From assembly GCA_044345485.1 (NCBI GenBank), contig JBIJAX010000006.1, positions 1-63,102 on the forward strand: a DNA stretch of 63,102 nucleotides, given 5' to 3'. Origin of the DNA: Candidatus Kapaibacterium sp. (lineage in GTDB: Bacteria; Bacteroidota; Ignavibacteria; Kapaibacteriales; Kapaibacteriaceae). Below are positions 38,420 through 47,304 of the stretch, piece after piece. The position numbers were made by a program, and so were the translations under genes. The first letter of the stretch is position 1. The number at the start of each line of letters is the position of its first letter. Under the pieces are notes generated by a model. The model worked only from the letters and a program-made list of their open reading frames with translations, was not told where the DNA came from and made no database searches.

Positions 38420-39232
38420 ATGGTCACGAACCTACATAGACTTGTTGTAATAAGCATTCTTTGTGCCATCCTTGCTGCGTGTTCCAACAAACACACACCT
38501 CAGGAAAGCCCACCCGAAGAACCCACACCACAAAAACCACCCGTGCAACAAATCTCCTATACCGTTGCTCAGCGGTATCCGCACGATAGTAATGCATTCA
38601 CGCAGGGATTAGAGATCTATCAAGGGGCATTTTTAGAAAGTACCGGTCAATATGGATCCTCGTCGCTGCGGCGCGTTGGCATTGCAACAGGTAACGTAGA
38701 AAAGAGTACCCCTTTGAACGCACGATACTTCGGCGAAGGCATCACACAGTTGTCGGGTAGGATTTACATGCTTACCTGGTTAAACCAGGAGGGTCTTGTG
38801 TTTGATGCCAAAACACTGAAACAACAAGGGACCTTTTCATATACAGGAGAGGGTTGGGGCATTACGAATGACGGTAAACATCTGTACATGAGTAATGGAA
38901 CAAGTCTTGTAACAGTGCTTGACCCCACCTCGTGGACGGTTGTACGCACGATTGCTGTTACTCTCGATGGCATGGCTGTCTCACAGCTGAATGAACTTGA
39001 ATGGATCAATGGCGATCTATGGGCCAACATCTGGCAGTCCGATAAGATTGTGAGAATCTCTCCGAGCACTGGAAATGTAACAGGTGTGATAGATCTTACA
39101 GGGATTCTACCACAAAATGAGCGGACGCCATATACGGATGTGTTAAATGGTATTGCGTGGGATTCAACTGCGAAGTTGATGTACGTAACCGGTAAAAACT
39201 GGCCGGCAATGTTTGCATTATCACTGAAGTAA
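38420..39232 (+). CDS. Glutaminyl-peptide cyclotransferase (plant/bacterial beta-propeller type), lipoprotein
   Basis: Lipobox LAAC; AFTQGL, ESTGQYG, FGEG, GEGWG, NELE, ANIWQ, VLNGIA, TGKNW. Confidence 0.93.
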   Translation: MVTNLHRLVVISILCAILAACSNKHTPQESPPEEPTPQKPPVQQISYTVAQRYPHDSNAFTQGLEIYQGAFLESTGQYGSSSLRRVGIATGNVEKSTPLNARYFGEGITQLSGRIYMLTWLNQEGLVFDAKTLKQQGTFSYTGEGWGITNDGKHLYMSNGTSLVTVLDPTSWTVVRTIAVTLDGMAVSQLNELEWINGDLWANIWQSDKIVRISPSTGNVTGVIDLTGILPQNERTPYTDVLNGIAWDSTAKLMYVTGKNWPAMFALSLK

Positions 39233-39331
39233 CCTGACTCACTACGTCACGTTTTAACTAGTAGAACGCACAACTGCCACAAGACGCTCAACAATGCGTC
39301 GATTGGCTTCACTCTTATATGGAGGTTGTGT

Positions 39332-42300
39332 ATGCTACTGCGTATTACCATTGTATTCCTGCTGGCCCAAGTGCTGGCGCGTGGACAAGACGCTTGGAAT
39401 GTTTTGTTTCCATCAGACGGTCAGATGGATGTTTCTCCCTCGGCTGCATTCACCATTCGATGTGAGTACCCCATTGATACAACTCTGTGGCGGTTGCCAG
39501 ACTTTCCGTTCGTTGTCCTGCGCGATTCTATTGCGCTGGTGACACCGCGCGATACGTGGATTCGACATCGCGTTGGCGGCCGATACGCGCTCAACGATGA
39601 GTACACGTTTACATGGACGCCCCGAAGGCTTCTTCCCAACACGCGATATCGATGTCTCTCTGGTACACGAGAGTATACATTTTTAACCGCTCCAGATGTT
39701 CCGTCCGTTCTTCGTTGTAGCATTCCTAATAACGCCATGAATTGCAGTCAGCCCTTGGAGTTGGAGCTCACGAGCCCACTACCATCTGGCTGTGTAATCG
39801 ATAGTGTATTCATTGTTGAACAACTTGCCAATACTGGAACCTGGAGTTCTGTACCACATACAACTGTGTGTACAGGTGCATATGTGCGCATCCTGCCCGC
39901 AGGGCGCTGGCAACCTAACGCACAGCTGCGATTGAGAGTGCGGTGCTCGTGGTATGCAGGAGATACACAGCTTGATCGAATGTATGAATCCATGGTACGA
40001 GGTGCCACCAAAGTAGAATGCTCTGTGCGTGAACGGTTTGGCAACAGAATGCACAAGGGAGATTTCTCCGACCTTGAAATCAACAATCGGGTTGTCGTGT
40101 CAGGCGATACACTTAGGGTGCGGGCTCCACATATACTGCAACCCAACCTTGTCTTTTCACATTGGGACTGTCCACTGTTGCCTGAGTTGCACGGCGACAC
40201 CACACTGCAGTCTGCATGTGAGATCTCGTGCGAGAATATGCAGGGTATGATTCGAGTAGAAGCCGTGTATGAACGTCATGACTCAATACGGGTGCGCATC
40301 GAGGTTGATAGTGGTGGTAGTGTAGATGTCTATACAACATCCGGTGAGTATCTCGGACTAGTAACAGACACCACGCTGATCTCCTCTCATGTTTCGAGAG
40401 GTAACCTCCTGTGTATTGCAAAACCCGGAAAAGAATCCCTCTTCTCAATGTGGTCGTATCAAGGGTCTATCGTGGGGGCATCTGCAATTGTGATTCCAAG
40501 CAGGAAAGCGATGTCTGTGTACAACATTTCGCTCAATCCAAAGTTTCAGGTCTTGAAGCCAACACTTCAGGACATGTATCGACTGCGAGGAAGCATTACA
40601 GACATAGATGCAGATCCATTGTTCAATGCAGCAGACGCTGTGCGATTTACCACACCAAACGAATACGAGTCTACGGTACAGGGAGTACGGCCACTCTGTG
40701 TTACCGCCGACAGATGTTGGGAGATCATTGGGTACTGCGACCAGTCCATAGGACATCCTGTGTGGTTTGATCAAGGCCTGCGAGAGTATTGCATAACAGC
40801 AGAAATGCTGGATCCGGAAAACCATGTTGTGTTTTTTGTACGTCGAGTAGCCATTGATCTTCGCATTGAAAGTGTGTTGCTCGGCTCTGAGGATCCATTG
40901 GATGTTCTGAGAGACAAGCATCCGCACCCTGAAACAATGATCGAGGTTCAACGAGAACAGATTATTGCTGGGCAACGGGAATGGGTGCCACTAACATCGA
41001 CAGGGTGTCCTGACCTAGCCACGAACGCAACGCGATATCAGCTTAGATGCGGAGACAACATCCGCCTCGTGGTTCACCCTGCTCAACACCGCGGTCAGCA
41101 GTGGCGTTGGTGGAGTGCGTTACCCCGCTATGTGATTCCGTCAGGGGGCGGAACTGGAGCACATCCCGCAACATATCGCCTGGTTGTCGACACAGACATA
41201 GCGGCCTTTGACGCAACCGACTGCAGTGGACAACCGCTCGATCATCGAGAGATTAGAATACAGGCAGCATTCCGTCAACAAATGGTCATTGAGTCTATAG
41301 GCTTAAGAGTCCGCGTTAATGCTCTCGGGGAACGTCAGCATGCACGGTTCGAAGAACGCTGGTTCGATCCACTTCTCTACTATGATCGTGACGCGGACGA
41401 GCCCAAAGACGGACGCCAGCTCGAGTACGTACCGCGCAGAGGAACGCCCGTACGTCTACGGTTTTCGCTACCATTAGACCCCTTGTCGGTGTTCGACAAA
41501 ACAGTGTCTGCCGAAAGCTTCGACAACGCTCTTCTTACAAATCCCCATGAACAGGATCTTGACTTTTACGTCCATGCCGATACTTCAGGCAACACAAACA
41601 TCTTATCGTCCACTGGACAGTTTCTCGATGTTGTTGAATTCTTTATCTGCGACCCAGCAACCAAGCCACGAAAGCAGGCGTTGCACACAGGGTCAATTGA
41701 TCTAACATGTGGCACTGGCATTCGTTCGTATTCGGGTCAGATGCTTCGTGCGGCGCAAACGTTCGCGCTGCGGCGCATGGAGATGCCTGGCTTTGGAGTC
41801 AAGCTCAACACTATTGAGTTCTTCGATGATGGAGACTGGGACCTTTGGCCATTTGTCAATCGAGGCGAGTTATACCATGCCGTCTATGGTGGGGACTTAA
41901 CCGCAAGGAAGGCACTCCTAACCGAACATGGTTTTACGCGTATGCCCTCATGTGAGGAACAGCAAGGGGCTATTGGAGAGTGCACAACTGTTCACGGCGA
42001 TGAGGATGGTCCACTCGCCTTCGGCGAACGTTCCCTCTGGCTTCAGACATCATGGATGGACCAAGCAGATCTGGCATGGGTAAGAATGTCAACGTGGGAT
42101 GAAGACTGTAAAGACGATAACGACTGCTTAGTCAACAGGCTAGGTGACGTAATCGATAGCCTTCGAAAACGTGTAGCAAAATTCAATGTACCGGTGGATA
42201 TGGCGGCGTTGGACTGGAAAATGCTGCTGCCAGATATCATTAAGACAGGCGTAGATCTCATTGGTGCGTTCGTAACACCAGATGATCAGGATGACTTTAT

Positions 42301-42442
42301 CGCAGAGTGCACCATTCTAGAAGATAGCCAGACGCTTTGGGGGATGCGAACCCACCAAGCCCCGTATATCAAACGATACCATGAGAACGCAGATTACGAA
42401 TTCAAGGGGCAATGGTATACATCACGGGCTGTGGTGCGATAA
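39332..42442 (+). CDS. Large secreted multidomain protein with N-terminal Big_5/SbsA-like Ig domains; function unknown
   Basis: GGAGG precedes the ATG; signal peptide; FPSDGQMDV...WTPRRLLPNTRY Big_5-like unit; Cys-rich; acidic C-terminal domain; no recognisable CTD. Confidence 0.7.
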   Translation: MLLRITIVFLLAQVLARGQDAWNVLFPSDGQMDVSPSAAFTIRCEYPIDTTLWRLPDFPFVVLRDSIALVTPRDTWIRHRVGGRYALNDEYTFTWTPRRLLPNTRYRCLSGTREYTFLTAPDVPSVLRCSIPNNAMNCSQPLELELTSPLPSGCVIDSVFIVEQLANTGTWSSVPHTTVCTGAYVRILPAGRWQPNAQLRLRVRCSWYAGDTQLDRMYESMVRGATKVECSVRERFGNRMHKGDFSDLEINNRVVVSGDTLRVRAPHILQPNLVFSHWDCPLLPELHGDTTLQSACEISCENMQGMIRVEAVYERHDSIRVRIEVDSGGSVDVYTTSGEYLGLVTDTTLISSHVSRGNLLCIAKPGKESLFSMWSYQGSIVGASAIVIPSRKAMSVYNISLNPKFQVLKPTLQDMYRLRGSITDIDADPLFNAADAVRFTTPNEYESTVQGVRPLCVTADRCWEIIGYCDQSIGHPVWFDQGLREYCITAEMLDPENHVVFFVRRVAIDLRIESVLLGSEDPLDVLRDKHPHPETMIEVQREQIIAGQREWVPLTSTGCPDLATNATRYQLRCGDNIRLVVHPAQHRGQQWRWWSALPRYVIPSGGGTGAHPATYRLVVDTDIAAFDATDCSGQPLDHREIRIQAAFRQQMVIESIGLRVRVNALGERQHARFEERWFDPLLYYDRDADEPKDGRQLEYVPRRGTPVRLRFSLPLDPLSVFDKTVSAESFDNALLTNPHEQDLDFYVHADTSGNTNILSSTGQFLDVVEFFICDPATKPRKQALHTGSIDLTCGTGIRSYSGQMLRAAQTFALRRMEMPGFGVKLNTIEFFDDGDWDLWPFVNRGELYHAVYGGDLTARKALLTEHGFTRMPSCEEQQGAIGECTTVHGDEDGPLAFGERSLWLQTSWMDQADLAWVRMSTWDEDCKDDNDCLVNRLGDVIDSLRKRVAKFNVPVDMAALDWKMLLPDIIKTGVDLIGAFVTPDDQDDFIAECTILEDSQTLWGMRTHQAPYIKRYHENADYEFKGQWYTSRAVVR

Positions 42443-42490
42443 GCGCACCAGAGAACATCAAACTATAAACCAACTTCACGGAGTACAATC

Positions 42491-43117
42491 ATGACAATAG
42501 CACTGTATATGATCTTATTGACAGCAACAACACTGCACGCTGGGGTGTGGCCTGCGGGTGGAACATTCGAAACACCGCTCCGACATGGGTCGCCTGTGAG
42601 GATAACGTGGGATCAAAGTTTGCATGCCAAACATGTGCATGTAGAGTTATGGGACGGCGAGCAGCGTCGGAGTACCACTATAGCAACGTCAGTTAATGCT
42701 ACAGATGGACAGTTTCTGTGGACGATTCCCACCACACTGCGTCCGGGAAAAATGTACCGATTCGTTGTACGCGATGCAGATCTACCAAAGCGTGCAGAGT
42801 TTTCATCGGGCTTTCACTCCATAAACAGCGCCTCGAGTTTCGCAACCTCGATTGAAGACCAATCGTTAACAACAGATGCTCTGTTGGTTACCCCGTTTCC
42901 AGCTGTAGATCGCGCGCGCGTGGCATGGACCCGATACGACGCCTCGTCTATCGATGTTATCAACCTTCAAGGAGCGGTGGTGATGCATTTCGAACCAGCG
43001 CAATCCACGCGTTCATGTGTGGTTCATACGTCTGCATTGCAGAGCGGCACCTATACGGTAGTGCTCAAGCTCGTCAATGGAGGCGCCTATAGAAGCTGGC
43101 TCGTTGTATCACACTAG
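42491..43117 (+). CDS. Small secreted protein: one beta-sandwich + T9SS CTD
   Basis: Signal peptide; VRITW...FLWTIP...YRFVV; CTD PFPA...VINLQG...LQSGTYTV. Confidence 0.75.
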   Translation: MTIALYMILLTATTLHAGVWPAGGTFETPLRHGSPVRITWDQSLHAKHVHVELWDGEQRRSTTIATSVNATDGQFLWTIPTTLRPGKMYRFVVRDADLPKRAEFSSGFHSINSASSFATSIEDQSLTTDALLVTPFPAVDRARVAWTRYDASSIDVINLQGAVVMHFEPAQSTRSCVVHTSALQSGTYTVVLKLVNGGAYRSWLVVSH

Positions 43118-44490
43118 GCGTTATCACTACCTACGGTGTATACAGCCCCTACCCTAGGGATGATAACCCGCGCATTGGGTAGCTGTACGTGGATCTCCAT
43201 TGCAAGGCGTTCACAGGCTGCGGTATCGCCATGTGTTATCACGACGGTTGATGGTCTTGTGTCCACAGCTAACGCCACCAAATCCTCCCGTGATGCATGT
43301 CCACTAAATCGAAACCGTTCGATCTGACAGGACCGAGAAACAGACTTGGTTCCAAAGTCGAACGGTTTCTTGTATTCAGACATCATCAACGCATATCCAG
43401 GAGATGTTTCATCCTGATATCCGACAAAGGCTATACCATAGCTTGGAAGCCCCATCCACTTTAGAGCTAGTTGATGCGACATTGTACCCGCGTTCATCAT
43501 CCCGGAGGGGGCAAGTACGACCGATGGCTGCTTGAAAAAGCCGCCGGTATCCAGCTCGCTTCTGCGAAGACGTTCCTGGGGAATGTCTGAAACCTCAAAC
43601 CCAGGTCGGCGCATGGGATCGCTGTAGCAGTACTGGTCGTATACCTTATTGATCCGAACCCCCATGCCCCCTGTAAAAATGGGCATGTGTGGGATACTTC
43701 CCCGCCTCATCAGCCCATAGAGCATGGGTATCATTTCCTGCAGTTTACCCATCGCAAATGTGGGAATAAGCACGGAGCCGTTGTTCTGGGAAATGCCATT
43801 GATAAAGGCAGCAAGCCGCTTAGCCTCCTCGGGAAACGTCGGGGTATGATCTGATGCAGCATTTGTGCACTCGGTAATAAGCACGTCAACGTGACTTCGA
43901 GGAAGGCGCGCCTTAGGAAGAACAACCTGATCGTCGAACTTCACATCAGCTGTATGGAGGATGCGCAGGCCTTTGCACTCCAGCGAAACGCTGGCAGATC
44001 CCAGAATGTGACCCGACCAGTGGTAGGTCATGGCAACGTTCGACCTTCCGGAATAACCGCGAATGGTAAGGGGCTCCTCATACGGCAATGCCTCAAACGC
44101 ATACCGCAGTTGTTCAATGACCTCTTGGTCGAAGAACTCCAGCCATTGCGCCGGGAACGACCTCCCAATTTCTGTGCGTAGGAGTTTTGCGCCATTGTGC
44201 ATCACAATCTGACTCAGGTCTCGCGTTGCCGGCGTCATGATAGGACGCAGATACGGCAACCGGCGCATAACATATGGTAGGGCCCCTATGTGGTCTGTGT
44301 GTGCATGTGTTATTGCAAGGATGTCTGCCGGGTAGTTTTCCAGTAAGTCTATGTTGGGGAAAGCACTTACAGTGCGGTCTCGTGGATGCAGTCCGGCATC
44401 GATCAGCACTCCCGTACCATCGAGCTCCAGATAGCAGCAATTGGCACCAATTTCTTCGGCGCCGCCTAGCATGATAAGATTCGCCTGCAC
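43114..44490 (-). CDS. Metallo-beta-lactamase/beta-CASP family nuclease (CPSF-like)
   Basis: Motifs LGGAEEIG, IDAG, THAHTDH, GHILGS, FAMGK.QE, SGMM, FSGHA, THGD. GTG start at 44490 inferred. Confidence 0.88.
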   Translation of the reverse strand: MQANLIMLGGAEEIGANCCYLELDGTGVLIDAGLHPRDRTVSAFPNIDLLENYPADILAITHAHTDHIGALPYVMRRLPYLRPIMTPATRDLSQIVMHNGAKLLRTEIGRSFPAQWLEFFDQEVIEQLRYAFEALPYEEPLTIRGYSGRSNVAMTYHWSGHILGSASVSLECKGLRILHTADVKFDDQVVLPKARLPRSHVDVLITECTNAASDHTPTFPEEAKRLAAFINGISQNNGSVLIPTFAMGKLQEMIPMLYGLMRRGSIPHMPIFTGGMGVRINKVYDQYCYSDPMRRPGFEVSDIPQERLRRSELDTGGFFKQPSVVLAPSGMMNAGTMSHQLALKWMGLPSYGIAFVGYQDETSPGYALMMSEYKKPFDFGTKSVSRSCQIERFRFSGHASREDLVALAVDTRPSTVVITHGDTAACERLAMEIHVQLPNARVIIPRVGAVYTVGSDNA

Positions 44491-44493
44491 GCA

Positions 44494-44527
44494 CAAACCT
44501 AACACGCGCCGAACCTCCGTAGTTTTG
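44494..44527. promoter_or_regulatory. Back-to-back divergent -7 elements for the beta-CASP gene and the icmF unit
   Basis: TAGGTTTG (-, 44501-44494) and TAGTTTTG (+, 44520-44527). Confidence 0.55.
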
Positions 44528-44552
44528 CCCGGTTGTCCACACAACAGGCTTT

Positions 44553-45953
44553 ATGATGCAATCACCAGCACCTTACACACCCTCCACAAAGGTTCGCATT
44601 GTTACTGCGGCGTCGTTGTTTGACGGACACGATGCGGCGATCAATGTGATGCGCCGAATCATTCAGGCCACCGGCTGCGAGGTTATCCACCTTGGTCACA
44701 ACAGATCCGTGCGCGAAGTGGTTGAGTGCGCAATTCAGGAAGATGCGCAGGCTATTGCCATGACGTCCTACCAGGGCGGACATGTAGAGTACCTGACCTA
44801 TATGCGCCAGCTGTTGGATGAACGGGGCGCCAAGCATATCTGCATTTTCGCCGGCGGCGGTGGAACGATACTTCCGTCGGAGATCGAAACACTCCATGCA
44901 AACGGCATTACAAGGGTATACTCCCCTGATGACGGTCGTGCGATGGGTCTTCAGGGTATGATCAATGATCTTGTCCAGAAGAGCGATTTCATTCCTCCGG
45001 TACCTGAGTCAGCATCCCTTTCAAGCCGCGTACAAGCAAAAGACCCAATGGCTATCGCTCAGGCAATATCCTGTGCGGAACGGGGCGAGCACACCCTTAT
45101 TGAATTTGCCAATGATGCCAAGCGGAGTCCGGTACTCGGAATAACAGGCACCGGTGGCGCAGGGAAATCTTCCCTTACAGATGAACTTGTCCGCAGATTT
45201 CTGTTGGATCATCCTGATAAGACCATTGCAGTTGTGAGCGTCGATCCGTCGAAACGCAAAACAGGCGGAGCGCTCCTGGGCGACCGTATTCGAATGAATG
45301 CGGTAAGCGATCCACGCGTCTACATGCGTTCGTTTGCTACGCGTGAATCAAACGTGGCGCTTAACCCTCACGTGCGGGATGCAATCAAGATTTTGTCGTA
45401 CGCACAGTATGATTTGATCGTAGTTGAAACCGCAGGTATTGGTCAAAGTGATTCGCAGATCACGGATCTTGCAGACGTGGCCATGTATGTGATGACGCCT
45501 GAATTCGGCGCAGCAACACAGCTTGAGAAGATCGACATGATCGATTATGCAGATATCATTGCTCTTAACAAGTTTGATAAACGGGGCGCACTGGATGCCC
45601 TGCGGGATGTTCGAAAGCAGTATCAACGAAGCCGACAACTTTTCTCGAGTCCACTCGATGACATGCCCGTCTACGGCACAATCGCATCACAGTTCAACGA
45701 CCCCGGCGCCAACACACTCTATCGTGCAGTGAATGATCTCCTTGTTCAGAAGTGTTCGCTTTCATGGACGTCTTCGTACATGGTAACCGACGAAATGAGT
45801 GAAAAGATCTACATCATCCCTCCCGATCGTACGCGATACCTTGCTGAGATCGTTGAAAGCAACCGTCGATACGACGCGTTTGTTGAGGAGCAATCGCAAC
45901 TAGCCCGTTCATTGTGGCAACTACGCGGTGTAATCGAGCAGCTTCAGAAATGA
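44553..45953 (+). CDS. icmF: Split IcmF, N-terminal part: cobalamin-binding domain + MeaB-like GTPase + first part of linker
   Basis: Motifs [66 protein letters not shown]; stops after EQLQK. Confidence 0.9.
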   Translation: MMQSPAPYTPSTKVRIVTAASLFDGHDAAINVMRRIIQATGCEVIHLGHNRSVREVVECAIQEDAQAIAMTSYQGGHVEYLTYMRQLLDERGAKHICIFAGGGGTILPSEIETLHANGITRVYSPDDGRAMGLQGMINDLVQKSDFIPPVPESASLSSRVQAKDPMAIAQAISCAERGEHTLIEFANDAKRSPVLGITGTGGAGKSSLTDELVRRFLLDHPDKTIAVVSVDPSKRKTGGALLGDRIRMNAVSDPRVYMRSFATRESNVALNPHVRDAIKILSYAQYDLIVVETAGIGQSDSQITDLADVAMYVMTPEFGAATQLEKIDMIDYADIIALNKFDKRGALDALRDVRKQYQRSRQLFSSPLDDMPVYGTIASQFNDPGANTLYRAVNDLLVQKCSLSWTSSYMVTDEMSEKIYIIPPDRTRYLAEIVESNRRYDAFVEEQSQLARSLWQLRGVIEQLQK

Positions 45954-47296
45954 GAATAGCCCTCACCATATGGACTCTCACCGCGGTTGTGTTGCTCACG
46001 GCCTGCAGTGGATCGGATCCGGTTACACCGGATACGCAAAAGGCAGCCATACGGTTCTATAACGGCAACACTGCAATGGCAAGAGTGGAGATCAACAACA
46101 GCGAAGTCTTCGCTAGTCAGTTGTCTGGTGGTGTCAGTGGACGCACCATTCTTGAACCAACAACAGACAGCATCGAGATACGGGCATTCGATGTTGCAAC
46201 CAACGCTATCGTTGCTAGAAGAAGAACAACACTTAACCCTCTGAACTACAGTCTTGTGTTGTTTCCTTCAACGGCTGTCTTCAATTGCGTTCGGCGTCCG
46301 GAAGAATGCGTACTGCGCGAAGATGCCTCTGCGCCCCCTTCTGGACGTGCGCGTATTCGGGTGATCAACGCAACAAAAGACGGCACAGAGCTCTCCCTAA
46401 AACTCGACGGAATGGAGGTTCTTCCATCTACGCAGCTTGGGATATGTACGATATCAAACGTCGTAGACATTGAAGCAGGCGAGCATGATATTACACTTCT
46501 CCGCACAACAAACGAGCAGTATGAGGCAGCCTACGGCAGCGTTACACTTAAGGCTGGTGTTTCGTATACGGTGCTCCTGAGCGGATCGCTTTCTTTCGAG
46601 GATACATTTCCATTTCGAGCTCGAATGTATTCAGACGATGACGCAACATCAGAGATGTTCGACCTACGTATTCCTCCTGATGTTGGCAAGTATCAGATCG
46701 TAAATGCGGTGGCCGGATTGAAGGCATTCGAGGCTAGGGTAGATGGCGCGCCAAAACCGCAAACGGCTAACATCCAGTTCTCGGAATCATCCGGATATGT
46801 AGATCTCGAGATAGGCACCCATACAACGGGTGTGTTTGTGAACACAACACCGCTGATTCAAGAAACGCTTACCACAACAACGCTTCGGTCACGGAAGACC
46901 CTCTTCGTTACCGGTTCAATGGTCCCGCCGAACATAGCAGGTATTGAAGTTGTTGATCTTGTTCAGCCCCTTTCCCAAAACTCAGCTACAATTCGTGTGA
47001 TGCACCTGTCGCCGGATGCGCCGGCACTGGATTTCTACCGAATTGTAAACGGCATTGAAGTGATTATTGACGGGTGTGCGCTGATGGAGTTTCGTCAAGC
47101 ATCGTCAACAGCCAACGGCAAGATGCAGTTTACTGAACTGCCGGCCGGACAAGTCACAATTCTTGCAAAGAAGGCCAATACACAAACTATTGTTCTTGCA
47201 CCAACACAAGTAACTCTTGCGCCTGGCGAAGTGTCTACCCTATGGTTAGGGGGCTTGAGTAGCGCGGCAAAACTGTACCACGTGAAACACAACTAG
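45950..47296 (+). CDS. DUF4397-type repeat lipoprotein
   Basis: Lipobox LTAC; four related units ([32 protein letters not shown]); ATGA overlap with the upstream stop. Confidence 0.8.
   Translation: MRIALTIWTLTAVVLLTACSGSDPVTPDTQKAAIRFYNGNTAMARVEINNSEVFASQLSGGVSGRTILEPTTDSIEIRAFDVATNAIVARRRTTLNPLNYSLVLFPSTAVFNCVRRPEECVLREDASAPPSGRARIRVINATKDGTELSLKLDGMEVLPSTQLGICTISNVVDIEAGEHDITLLRTTNEQYEAAYGSVTLKAGVSYTVLLSGSLSFEDTFPFRARMYSDDDATSEMFDLRIPPDVGKYQIVNAVAGLKAFEARVDGAPKPQTANIQFSESSGYVDLEIGTHTTGVFVNTTPLIQETLTTTTLRSRKTLFVTGSMVPPNIAGIEVVDLVQPLSQNSATIRVMHLSPDAPALDFYRIVNGIEVIIDGCALMEFRQASSTANGKMQFTELPAGQVTILAKKANTQTIVLAPTQVTLAPGEVSTLWLGGLSSAAKLYHVKHN
47274..47289. promoter_or_regulatory. parS-like site inside the 3' end of the DUF4397 gene
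   Basis: TGTACCACGTGAAACA, one mismatch to TGTTCCACGTGAAACA. Confidence 0.55.
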
Positions 47297-47304
47297 ATAT
47301 CACC

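Noticed and set aside
43114-44490. beta-CASP or NYN nucleases as an anti-phage defence island
   Set aside because: They are isolated genes among housekeeping loci, with no associated defence or mobility genes.
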